A stretch of 64,000 nucleotides of DNA from the NCBI GenBank assembly GCA_016927495.1, contig JAFGMP010000009.1, forward strand, positions 937 through 64,936, given 5' to 3'. The notes below the pieces were generated by a model. That model was not told the DNA's origin. It saw only the letters and a list, made by a program, of their open reading frames with translations, and ran no database searches. The number at the start of each line of letters is the position of its first letter. The stretch's first letter is position 1. This DNA comes from Candidatus Latescibacterota bacterium. Its GTDB lineage: Bacteria > Latescibacterota > Latescibacteria > Latescibacterales > Latescibacteraceae. Of this stretch, positions 20,862 to 29,348 are shown one piece after another. The translations under genes were made by a program, and so were the position numbers.

Positions 20862-21668
20862 ATGGCATTGCAAAATAATTTAGATATTAAACACATCAAA
20901 GCGAAAGTATATGCGATTACCAGCGGGAAAGGTGGAGTCGGTAAAACATCACTTGCGGTGAATCTCTCGATTATTCTATCGAAAGCGGGAATGCGGGTGC
21001 TTTTGATAGATGCCGATATGGGGCTGGCTAATGTCGATCTAATGACAGGTGTAATGGCTCCTCATACAATCGAAGAGGTTATCAACGGGAAAGCGAGTAT
21101 TTTTGATGCGCTGGTCGAAGGCCCCGAAGGGTTAACCATATTGCCGGCGAGTTCCGGAGTGGGGCATATCCTCGAAGTCGGCATGGAGAGTGAAGCACAG
21201 TTTCTGAAGGAACTTCTTAAGCTTGAACATGCTTTCGACATAATCTTTATCGATACCGGCGCCGGTATATCCGCAAATGTAATCGATTTTGTCTTCATGG
21301 CCAAAGAGGTTATCGTTATTATGACTCCCGAACCTACCGCTTTTGCTGATGCATATGCCATGGTGAAACTTGTGGCAACGCAAAAACCGGATATGATAAT
21401 CAGTATTGTCGTAAATATTGTCAAAACAGAGGGTGAGGGGACACACATATTTACCAAATTCAATGAAATTGTAGAACGATTTTTAGGGAGAAGCGTTATT
21501 TTCAGGGGATCGATATTTTCCGATGCTGCAGTTTCGCAGGCGGTAATGCGCCAGATTCCGTTGGCGGTGTATGCAGGATCGTCTCCGGCAGTACAATCGA
21601 TGAAAAATATTGCAAAAAATGTGCTGGGTTTAAAAACTGCTAAAAAAAGAACCATCTTCAACCGATAA
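20862..21668 (+). CDS. flhG: MinD-like ATPase FlhG (FleN/YlxH)
   Basis: Deviant Walker A (ITSGKGGVGKTS) and ParA/MinD fold, directly after flhF. Confidence 0.85.
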   Translation: MALQNNLDIKHIKAKVYAITSGKGGVGKTSLAVNLSIILSKAGMRVLLIDADMGLANVDLMTGVMAPHTIEEVINGKASIFDALVEGPEGLTILPASSGVGHILEVGMESEAQFLKELLKLEHAFDIIFIDTGAGISANVIDFVFMAKEVIVIMTPEPTAFADAYAMVKLVATQKPDMIISIVVNIVKTEGEGTHIFTKFNEIVERFLGRSVIFRGSIFSDAAVSQAVMRQIPLAVYAGSSPAVQSMKNIAKNVLGLKTAKKRTIFNR

Positions 21669-21680
21669 ATAGAGTAGAGT

Positions 21681-22550
21681 ATGATGGAAAAACGCAGAGA
21701 TACTGGTGAGAGAAGAATTACCGGCGACCGCAGAAACATATTTGATCGCAGGAGCCACACCGATCGCAGAGCATCGGATGACCGTAGAAATCAAAACGAT
21801 TCGAAAGGCCTGTCAACATATCAAAAGATGTCTGTTGACAAAAAACGTGACGAGATGGTCAAAAACCATCTCAATCTGGTTAATTTCGTTGTTGCACGGT
21901 TATCGATCAGTCTGCCAAACTGGTTAGACAAACGTGATTTGATCAATGCTGGAGTAATAGGACTTATTGATGCGGTTAATCATTATGATCCATCAAAGGG
22001 AGTCAAATTTGAGACCTATGCATCAACCCGTATCAGAGGTGCAATTATCGACGAGTTACGCTCCCTTGATTGGATTCCACGATCGACACGGACGAAATCC
22101 AGGGAGATCGAATCTGCAATTTCGGGTCTGATTCATAAACTGGGACATATCCCAAGTGACGAAGAAGTATCAAAAGAACTTGGATGGGATATTGATAAGT
22201 ATCATAAGGCACTTGAACAGGTATCGGGTACGACACTGTTATCGCTGGATGAATTAATAACGACATCATCGGGAAGCGAACCGGTAAAAAGACTCGATAC
22301 GGTTTCAGGCGATGATGAAAACACTCTCGATACCATAGAGCGCCGTGAACTTGTAGAGAATGTTGTCATAATTCTCGGCACTCTTTCCGAACAGGAAAAA
22401 CTCGCTATTGCACTTTATTATTATGAGGAATTGACACTTAAAGAAATCGGTTTGGTTCTGGAAGTATCGGAATCAAGGGTGTCGCAGATTCATACTGCGG
22501 CAATTTTAAAATTGAGAGCTAAATTGAGGTCGTTGTATTCCGGCTCTTAA
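21681..22550 (+). CDS. fliA: Flagellar sigma factor FliA (sigma-28) with arginine/aspartate-rich N-terminal repeat extension
   Basis: Sigma-70 region 2/3/4 motifs (NLVNFVVARLS..., YYYEELTLKEIGLVLEVSESRVSQIH). Size and position after flhG fit FliA. The N-terminal roughly 45 aa carry DRR-type repeats. Confidence 0.85.
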   Translation: MMEKRRDTGERRITGDRRNIFDRRSHTDRRASDDRRNQNDSKGLSTYQKMSVDKKRDEMVKNHLNLVNFVVARLSISLPNWLDKRDLINAGVIGLIDAVNHYDPSKGVKFETYASTRIRGAIIDELRSLDWIPRSTRTKSREIESAISGLIHKLGHIPSDEEVSKELGWDIDKYHKALEQVSGTTLLSLDELITTSSGSEPVKRLDTVSGDDENTLDTIERRELVENVVIILGTLSEQEKLAIALYYYEELTLKEIGLVLEVSESRVSQIHTAAILKLRAKLRSLYSGS

Positions 22551-22912
22551 TGGGAGATTTACTCATGGTTCGGCCGATAGAACTTACGGATTCACTTTCA
22601 AAGGTCCAGGCTGTCGAGCAAATGCAGCAGGATGCAAAAACTCGTCCCGAAGCATTACATCAATTTCAGAAAACGCTTACTGACAAACAGACTGAACAGT
22701 TGAGAACTTCACCGAATCCGGTGCCTGAAAGCGACCAGGTTGTTATCCATGTTAATGAGCAGGAAAAAGATAAGCATAAAACTGCGGAAGATGAACGTGA
22801 TAGCAAAATGCACAGGGATGGTGAAAAACAAGATCCGAAAGAGAACGGACAAAACGCAAGCAGAAAAAAAGACGGTCATACTTCCCCTGGCCATATTGAC
22901 ATAAAAGCCTGA
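22550..22912 (+). CDS. Hypothetical acidic/basic low-complexity protein, translationally coupled to fliA (TAATGG overlap)
   Basis: 120-aa ORF whose ATG overlaps the fliA stop. No recognisable domain. The C-terminal half is K/E/D-rich and low complexity. Confidence 0.4.
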   Translation: MGDLLMVRPIELTDSLSKVQAVEQMQQDAKTRPEALHQFQKTLTDKQTEQLRTSPNPVPESDQVVIHVNEQEKDKHKTAEDERDSKMHRDGEKQDPKENGQNASRKKDGHTSPGHIDIKA

Positions 22913-23248
22913 TTCGACCTCTTAATCCGGCGGTTATTTTCTCCCGGAATATTTATATCATATTGCATGTTAGTCTGGTACGATATTGGTGCGGTATTTT
23001 GAATGATAATAGAGGGGCTTATGCTCCTTGTTTCAATAATATTTCATTAAAACAATGTATTTTTTTAAAAAAAATTTCGGAACAAAATGATGAATCGGTA
23101 AGCGATGACGGTAATTTACGATCGGTTGCCGGTATATATGAAACGGATAAGGTTATTCTGGAAATTATGACATGCAAATAACAAATTTTTATATGGTTTG
23201 TTATTGATATTTTCTCGATTTTGATAGAAGTATTTCCTGTAAAACAGG

Positions 23249-24868
23249 ATGTGTTCTGTGCGAATAAATCCTCAAAAAATTGCCGAAAACCTTATGATAA
23301 AACAAGTTGAAACAAAAACTGTTACAACTGGAGATTCGGCAAATTCTGTCGAAATAAAAAATATTGGTGAGACTTTGTCCGGCCGATTATTGTCGCTGTT
23401 TGACACAAAAGGCGGTAATGTACCTCGCTCGACAATTCTCGACATTGCATCGAAACTTGCGGCTTTGGATATGAAACCCTCTGATGTTGATGGTGATATC
23501 GCGCTGAAAGCGCTTTTGCTACAACATAATAATATTCCCCTGAGTCGGGAGTTACTTCTGGACAGCTTTGAGAGCGATCCGGCGGTTTTCACAAAATTGA
23601 ACACTCTTGTCGATAGTGTACTCACTGCGTTGAGTGATTCGAGAGTAACCGGTGAGATAAGGACAACGCTTGGTATATTCATTAAAAATCTTGACTCATT
23701 ATTCAGGCCTGAGTCGATGCAGGAAGCTGTCCGAAATACTTTGACCGATCATGTATCGGAATGGTCCCGCTCAATTGAGTTGAAAATTCTTTCACTTCTG
23801 TTAAATAATCCTGAAGCAATTCGAGCCGCACCGATGGAACATGTATCCTCTGCCGAAGTGATGCTTATGCTCTCGGATGCTGCGCAGAAAAATCCTCAGA
23901 TAGACGTATTGATGGAAAAGCTTGGTGACATAACCGGTAAATTATTATCACGGTTATATGAACTCAATCCGGGAACTGATGAATTTAATGTCGGTATCAG
24001 ACAGGCAGTTGCCGTATTATCCAAACATCTGACGGATCTTATCCCGGATATTAACGCAATTTTACAAAACTCGGGTAATCCGATCCTTTCTGATGATGTT
24101 TTAGCCGTTTTTTTCAGTGAACACATACAGTTATTGGAGGAAAAACTGCTCAGCGCACTTGAATCCGTATCTTCGAAAAGCGTGATGAGTGGATCAGTAA
24201 TACGGAGTGAGGTAAATATACCGTTGCACAAAATGTTGAGAAACAGCGGTATGTCGTTTGAATGGCAATTACTGGCATGGTATCGTTCGGGTAAAAATCC
24301 GGAAAGACTTCGCGAGCTTATGCAGCGTGATATTAAGGGCATTCTCGATAAGTTTATGACCGATCTGAACTTATATAGAAAAAAAAGCTCCGGCAAAAGT
24401 ATATTAAAAAACCTCGAACGTGAAGCAAAATCTGTGCTTGACTGTATTACTCAGCGTCAGATTTCCAATATTCTGCAGGATCGTGGAACCGGTGGGAAAG
24501 TATATTTCGAACTGCCGCTCGGCAATCTCCGCGATAAAGATAATGCACGGGTAACTGCAGAAGGTGGTCAAAAATCAGAAGAAAATGGGTTAAATCCGGA
24601 AAATTTCAATCTTTCGTTCGATGTCGAGACTACCGGACTGGGACGATTGTATGTTACTATGAATGTACAGAAAAAAAACATTTCACTCGAGTTTTTAGTG
24701 AGGGATGATAATGTTATCACTCAGGCGCATACAATTGAACATGAGCTTGTCGACTCATTGTTTTCACGGGGATTTTCCGTTAATTCGTTAAGTTTTGATG
24801 TAATCAGAGATAACATCGCGTTCAATAAGAATAAATCGAATAGACGCAGTATGGATATAAAGGGATGA
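23249..24868 (+). CDS. Second FliK-like protein (Flg_hook C-terminal domain)
   Basis: The C-terminus (NFNLSFDVETTGLGRLYVTMNVQKKNISLEFLVRDDNVITQAHTIEHELVDSLFSRGFSV) resembles the FliK/Flg_hook domain. It is paired with an FlhB-CTD-like gene, as in Firmicutes FliK-like/YlqH pairs. The start is uncertain, possibly MIKQVETK at 23294. Confidence 0.55.
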   Translation: MCSVRINPQKIAENLMIKQVETKTVTTGDSANSVEIKNIGETLSGRLLSLFDTKGGNVPRSTILDIASKLAALDMKPSDVDGDIALKALLLQHNNIPLSRELLLDSFESDPAVFTKLNTLVDSVLTALSDSRVTGEIRTTLGIFIKNLDSLFRPESMQEAVRNTLTDHVSEWSRSIELKILSLLLNNPEAIRAAPMEHVSSAEVMLMLSDAAQKNPQIDVLMEKLGDITGKLLSRLYELNPGTDEFNVGIRQAVAVLSKHLTDLIPDINAILQNSGNPILSDDVLAVFFSEHIQLLEEKLLSALESVSSKSVMSGSVIRSEVNIPLHKMLRNSGMSFEWQLLAWYRSGKNPERLRELMQRDIKGILDKFMTDLNLYRKKSSGKSILKNLEREAKSVLDCITQRQISNILQDRGTGGKVYFELPLGNLRDKDNARVTAEGGQKSEENGLNPENFNLSFDVETTGLGRLYVTMNVQKKNISLEFLVRDDNVITQAHTIEHELVDSLFSRGFSVNSLSFDVIRDNIAFNKNKSNRRSMDIKG

Positions 24869-25167
24869 ATAAGAGGCAATCTAAAAAAAATATCGAGGGA
24901 CGAAAAGCCGCTGCAGCTCTTCGTTACAAAATGGATGAAGATGTTGCTCCGAAACTTGTAGCTAAAGGAACAGGTAGAATTGCAGAAAAGATAATCGAAA
25001 CTGCCAGGGAAGCAGGAGTACCTATTTATGAAGATCCGGATCTTATTGCTCTTCTTTTGACTTTGAACATAGGAGAATTTATTCCACCGGAACTGTACAT
25101 TTCTATTGCGGAAGTACTGGCTTTTATATACCGTTTAAACAAGAAATCGTTTGAATCTGTTTATTAG
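24865..25167 (+). CDS. FlhB C-terminal-domain-like protein (YlqH-like)
   Basis: 100-aa protein (KLVAKGTGRIAEKIIETAREAGVPIYEDPDLIALLLTLNIGEFIPPELYISIAEVLAFIY) resembling the soluble C-terminal domain of FlhB/YscU but lacking NPTH. It overlaps the upstream gene by 4 nt. Confidence 0.7.
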   Translation: MNKRQSKKNIEGRKAAAALRYKMDEDVAPKLVAKGTGRIAEKIIETAREAGVPIYEDPDLIALLLTLNIGEFIPPELYISIAEVLAFIYRLNKKSFESVY

Positions 25168-25187
25168 TTTTTTCACAGGGACATATT

Positions 25188-26024
25188 ATGGCTGATTCTT
25201 CGGAAATAATCAAGAACATGCGAGTTCTCTTTGACATAAGCGCCCTTATTCGTACCGACACTAAACTCGAACTGAAGTTTGAACAGGTATTGGAGAAAGT
25301 GAAGGATGCCGCTTGCTGTCAATCGGTAAGTCTTTTTATAGCTGATGACAGCGGAAAACTTGAGGAAATCGCGACAATCGGAACACCGGTAGAACTCATT
25401 AAAACAATTGATTTTGACATGGGAAGCGGATTTAGCGCCTGGGTTGCAAAACAGCGGAAATCGGTGTTAATACCCAATCTCAGAGAAAGCAGGCATAAAC
25501 ATTTCAGGTCATTCGTCTCAACCCCTCTGATTTCCAATGACCGTCTGATAGGTGTTATGAATCTAGGACATGAAGAACCGGATGCTTTTACCGAAGAAAA
25601 TCTGCAACTCTTCGAAATAATTGCTGAACAGCTTGCACTGATGATTGAGCGAACTAATTATGAACAGGAACTGATAAAGAAAAATGAAGCGCTTGTTGAG
25701 GCTCAGGATGAAATTAAAAAACAGAATAAACAAATTATTGAAATGGAAAAATTTCATGTTATGGCACAAATGGCGGCCTCTGTCAACCATGAAATCAACA
25801 ACCCTTTAACATCGGTGATAGGAAATGTTGAACTAATACTTATGTCACGGCAGGATTTGGACGATATTGTCAGGAAAAAGCTAACGGTTGTTCTTGAAGA
25901 AGCGCACCGTATCGGGAAAATTACACAGAAACTGCGTGATATGAAACGGATTGTTGTAGAAGATTACCTGAAGAAAACGGAAGAAAAGATGATCGACCTC
26001 GACTCTTCAAGTTCATTAGATTAA
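25188..26024 (+). CDS. GAF domain plus HisKA (DHp) protein lacking an ATPase (HATPase_c) domain
   Basis: N-terminal GAF-like region (SVSLFIADDSGKLEEIATIG...LIGVMNLGHEE), a coiled coil, then an H-box (MAQMAASVNHEINNPLTSVIGNVELIL). The ORF ends about 60 aa later with no G1/G2 boxes. A terminator follows, so no downstream ATPase ORF exists. Confidence 0.7.
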   Translation: MADSSEIIKNMRVLFDISALIRTDTKLELKFEQVLEKVKDAACCQSVSLFIADDSGKLEEIATIGTPVELIKTIDFDMGSGFSAWVAKQRKSVLIPNLRESRHKHFRSFVSTPLISNDRLIGVMNLGHEEPDAFTEENLQLFEIIAEQLALMIERTNYEQELIKKNEALVEAQDEIKKQNKQIIEMEKFHVMAQMAASVNHEINNPLTSVIGNVELILMSRQDLDDIVRKKLTVVLEEAHRIGKITQKLRDMKRIVVEDYLKKTEEKMIDLDSSSSLD

Positions 26025-26145
26025 ACGGAAAATCTTTCCTGAAAAGGGAATAAACTTCTTTCAGCTTGTGTGAAAAATGATGCCTAATATAAAAATAGAA
26101 TGAGAAATCTTGATGTAAAGCAAATAATATCAATATATTAAGTAG

Positions 26146-26177
26146 ACCGGCGATTAAAAATATCGCCGGTTTTTTTA
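26146..26177 (+). terminator. Rho-independent terminator (ACCGGCGAT-taaaaat-ATCGCCGGT then TTTTTTT)
   Basis: Perfect 9-bp GC-rich stem, 7-nt loop and a 7-T run, about 120 nt after the GAF-DHp gene. Confidence 0.8.
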
Positions 26178-26178
26178 T

Positions 26179-26192
26179 GGCATGACTGTTGC
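26179..26192 (+). promoter_or_regulatory. Candidate sigma-54 (-24/-12) promoter TGGCATgactgTTGCA upstream of flgF-flgG-flgA-flgH-flgI-flgJ
   Basis: GG at 26179-26180 and GC at 26191-26192 with 12-nt spacing. Matches TGGCAC-N5-TTGCA at 10 of 11 conserved positions. It lies about 140 nt upstream of flgF, immediately after the terminator. Confidence 0.55.
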
Positions 26193-26330
26193 AATTGAGT
26201 ATGCTGGAATTAAAATTTGATACATTGAATTCATGTTAACAACTCATACCGGGTCATGACAGACTAATCATATTCATGTATTAATAGGGCTTTGAAAATG
26301 AAACAAAAAAATAAACTGTGGGGAATATAA

Positions 26331-27074
26331 ATGGTAAAAGGGATTTATCTTTCAGCCTATGGTATGATTCCACGAATAAACCAGCAGAACGCCATAGCGA
26401 ATAATCTGGCTAATATGTCGACACAGGGCTTTAAAAAGACCGATATCTTTCTTCGGGAACTTATAACTGCTGACAATGCGCTTGATCATGCCCTTGGGGC
26501 TGATCGGTCACAGGTTGCCGAAGATCCCAGAATTAATTATACCCAGGGCACATTCGAAGTCACTGGTAACGATTTTGATCTTGCATTGAATGGTCCAGGT
26601 TTTCTTAGGGTTCGTGACACCGCCGGTAATATTCTCTACACCCGTAACGGCAGGTTTTATCTGGATAATAACGGATTTATGGTTAACAACGAGGGTATGT
26701 ATCTGTTGAATGACCGTCTTAATCTTATCAATATTCAGGGCGGGGAAGTCATTATTTACGGTAACGGGAATATTTTGGTGGATGGAGAAGATGCGGCTAC
26801 GATCGGCCTCGCCGACTTTGCTCCTGCCGATTATGTTAATTTACAAGCAATAGGCAAGCAACAGTTTCTAAAACCTGCAGCGGTTAATGAAATAAGGCCG
26901 AGTGTAGCGACTGTATTTATGCAGGGGCATCTGGAAGATTCGAATGTGGATTCTATAAAATCGATGGTGGATATGATCGAGACGTTCAGGATGTTCGAAT
27001 TAGGACAGAAATCGATACAAATTCAAGATCAGTCACTGCAGAGAGTCGTTAATGAAGTTGGAATAGTACGGTAA
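26331..27074 (+). CDS. flgF: Flagellar basal-body rod protein FlgF
   Basis: Flg_bb_rod N-terminus (AIANNLANMSTQGFKK) and Flg_bbr_C (DSIKSMVDMIETFRMFELGQKSIQ). Confidence 0.85.
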   Translation: MVKGIYLSAYGMIPRINQQNAIANNLANMSTQGFKKTDIFLRELITADNALDHALGADRSQVAEDPRINYTQGTFEVTGNDFDLALNGPGFLRVRDTAGNILYTRNGRFYLDNNGFMVNNEGMYLLNDRLNLINIQGGEVIIYGNGNILVDGEDAATIGLADFAPADYVNLQAIGKQQFLKPAAVNEIRPSVATVFMQGHLEDSNVDSIKSMVDMIETFRMFELGQKSIQIQDQSLQRVVNEVGIVR

Positions 27075-27089
27075 ATAAGAGGGAAAATT

Positions 27090-27878
27090 ATGATACGAGC
27101 TATGAGAACTGCCGCAAGCGGTATGAATGCCCAGAAATTTAATGTCGATACGATATCGAATAATTTAGCTAATGTCAACACAACAGGATTCAAAAAATCC
27201 AAACTTGAGTTTCAGGATATACTGTATCAGACCTACCGAATGGCTGGAGCAACCTCACAGGTCGGCGCAGAAGTACCTGTCGAATTACAGATCGGTTATG
27301 GCGTCCGTCCAGTGGCTTCACAAAGGATTTTCAGCCAGGGGAATCTGAGCCAGACATATGGTACCCTCGATATAGCAATCGACGGGGACGGTTTTATACC
27401 GGTGGATTTGCCTGATGGTACCGAAGCATACACCCGTGACGGAGCACTGAAACTATCCCGTGAGGGAGAACTGGTTACATCCGACGGTTACCTTCTGACC
27501 GCGGCAATTACAATACCGGCGGAAGCGGTGGATGTTTCGATAGGTGTGGATGGAACCATAACGGTCCGTAATGCAGGTGAAACTGAAGTTACCGATATTG
27601 GCCAGATAACAATTATGAAATTCCTGAATCCCGCCGGTTTGTCTGCTCAGGGACGAAACCTCTATATTCAGACAACGGCCTCAGGCGATCCGATAGAGGG
27701 TATTCCCGGTGAAGACGGTCTTGGCCGTATCAGACAGGGTTTTCTTGAACTGTCGAATGTAGAGACAGTTGAGGAAATGGTTAACTTGATTATTGCCCAA
27801 CGCGCCTATGAAGTCAATTCGAAAGCTATACAGACATCCGAAGAAATGATGCAGATTTCCAATAACCTGAAACGATAA
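27090..27878 (+). CDS. flgG: Flagellar distal rod protein FlgG
   Basis: MIRAMRTAASGMNAQKFNVDTISNNLANVNTTGFKK, with a C-terminal EEMVNLIIAQRAYEVNSKAIQT. Confidence 0.9.
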   Translation: MIRAMRTAASGMNAQKFNVDTISNNLANVNTTGFKKSKLEFQDILYQTYRMAGATSQVGAEVPVELQIGYGVRPVASQRIFSQGNLSQTYGTLDIAIDGDGFIPVDLPDGTEAYTRDGALKLSREGELVTSDGYLLTAAITIPAEAVDVSIGVDGTITVRNAGETEVTDIGQITIMKFLNPAGLSAQGRNLYIQTTASGDPIEGIPGEDGLGRIRQGFLELSNVETVEEMVNLIIAQRAYEVNSKAIQTSEEMMQISNNLKR

Positions 27879-27890
27879 TAGTCTGAAATC

Positions 27891-28610
27891 ATGAAAACTA
27901 TCCTGAATTTTTTATGTATTATACTAGCCGCTTTATTGCTGCGGGCGGCAGATCCAACTATGGTTTACGCTGCGGTGGTGCCTGCTGAAAGAATCCGGGA
28001 CGCTATTATCGACATTCTGATGACACGCGCTGATGCATCCGGTATTGAAATCGAGGTATCAGTGAAAAACATGGTCGATATAGAGGTCAGGAATGTAGAT
28101 TCACCGACTATGAACGTTATAATACCTGAGGATAGTAAAATCGATTCACGTGTTCCCGTCCGGATCGAATTCAGCGACGAATCCGGGGGTATCAGAAAAC
28201 GCTTTCAGGTTATGGCTCAGATAAAAATAATGAAAACAGTTGTTGTAGCCTGTTCCGAAATTAACCGCGGAGAACCTGTGAACATCGATGATGTCGAAAT
28301 GAAAAAAATTGACGTAACGGGTATGAACACATACTTTGAAACGCCATCCTTGCTTGAAGGTATGCAGACAAAAAGATCTGTCAGGCCCGGCATGGTTTTA
28401 AACGATACCAATGTATGTCCGATTCCGGTTGTAAATCGCGGTGATCCTGTTACGATAAAGGTTTTCATCGGGAATATCAGGGCTGTTGCCGAAGGCATTG
28501 CCCGTCAGGACGGTGGAGTCGGTGAGATGATAAAGGTCTATAATGAAATGACCAGAACAACTCTTGATTGTATGATTATCGATGGGAAAACAGTGCGGAC
28601 AGGATTATGA
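27891..28610 (+). CDS. flgA: Flagellar P-ring assembly chaperone FlgA
   Basis: Signal peptide plus SAF-like C-terminal domain (VNRGDPVTIKVFIGNIRAVAEGIARQDGGVGEMIKV), located before flgH/flgI. Confidence 0.75.
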   Translation: MKTILNFLCIILAALLLRAADPTMVYAAVVPAERIRDAIIDILMTRADASGIEIEVSVKNMVDIEVRNVDSPTMNVIIPEDSKIDSRVPVRIEFSDESGGIRKRFQVMAQIKIMKTVVVACSEINRGEPVNIDDVEMKKIDVTGMNTYFETPSLLEGMQTKRSVRPGMVLNDTNVCPIPVVNRGDPVTIKVFIGNIRAVAEGIARQDGGVGEMIKVYNEMTRTTLDCMIIDGKTVRTGL

Positions 28611-28719
28611 TTGTTTTATTCTATTGTTCTCAATGGATTGGTGTTGGTGGTGGAATCCGAAAATATATCAAAGATGTTGAACTATATTAATTTTTAATAA
28701 AAAATAATGTTAGCAGAAG

Positions 28720-29346
28720 TTGAACGATGGGGGTTATATGAGATTATTCTATAATATACTATTTATAATTGTTTTTTCAGCCTGTTTTGCCATATCGGTA
28801 TTTGCTCAATCTCCTTCCGGGAGTGCTTCTGTTCCCGGTTGGTCCTCATCGCTGTATAGTGATGTCAAAGCTTACAAGATAGGAGATGTTTTGTCTGTTA
28901 TTATTGCGGAATCAAACTCGGCTTCCAAAAATTCACAGACATCGACCAAAAAACAAAATAAAACTGCTGCTGACGGCAGTGCAACCACCGGAGCGCTGAG
29001 TGGGCTTTTCCCGGGGATGAGCGGCTCGATTGATGCTTCCAATCAGTTTAACGGACAGGGCTCAACAGTACGAAACGGTAAACTGGACAGCCGTATCACT
29101 GTTAAAGTGATCGATGTATTAGCGAACAATAACCTTCTAATCGAGGGTTCCAAGACTCTGGAACTTAACGAAGACACCGAAGTTGTAACAATATCGGGTG
29201 TTGTCCAGCCGGAATATATTAGTTCCGATAATTCGGTTTACTCATACCAGATAGCCAATGCAAAAATAGTATATAAAGGCAAAGGTTCGGTTTCACAGGG
29301 ACACCGGCCAGGATTCTTAACAAGAATAATCAACTGGATACTCTAA
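28720..29346 (+). CDS. flgH: Flagellar L-ring lipoprotein FlgH
   Basis: Lipoprotein signal (IVFSAC), the FlgH family motif (KAYKIGDVLSVIIAESNSASK) and a C-terminal LLIEGSKTLELNEDTEVVTISGVV. Confidence 0.85.
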   Translation: MNDGGYMRLFYNILFIIVFSACFAISVFAQSPSGSASVPGWSSSLYSDVKAYKIGDVLSVIIAESNSASKNSQTSTKKQNKTAADGSATTGALSGLFPGMSGSIDASNQFNGQGSTVRNGKLDSRITVKVIDVLANNNLLIEGSKTLELNEDTEVVTISGVVQPEYISSDNSVYSYQIANAKIVYKGKGSVSQGHRPGFLTRIINWIL

Positions 29347-29348
29347 GG

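Noticed and set aside
21062-21760. 232-aa minus-strand ORF antisense to flhG
   Set aside because: It overlaps the well-supported MinD-like flhG and the start of fliA. Its composition is typical of the antisense of an AT-rich gene.
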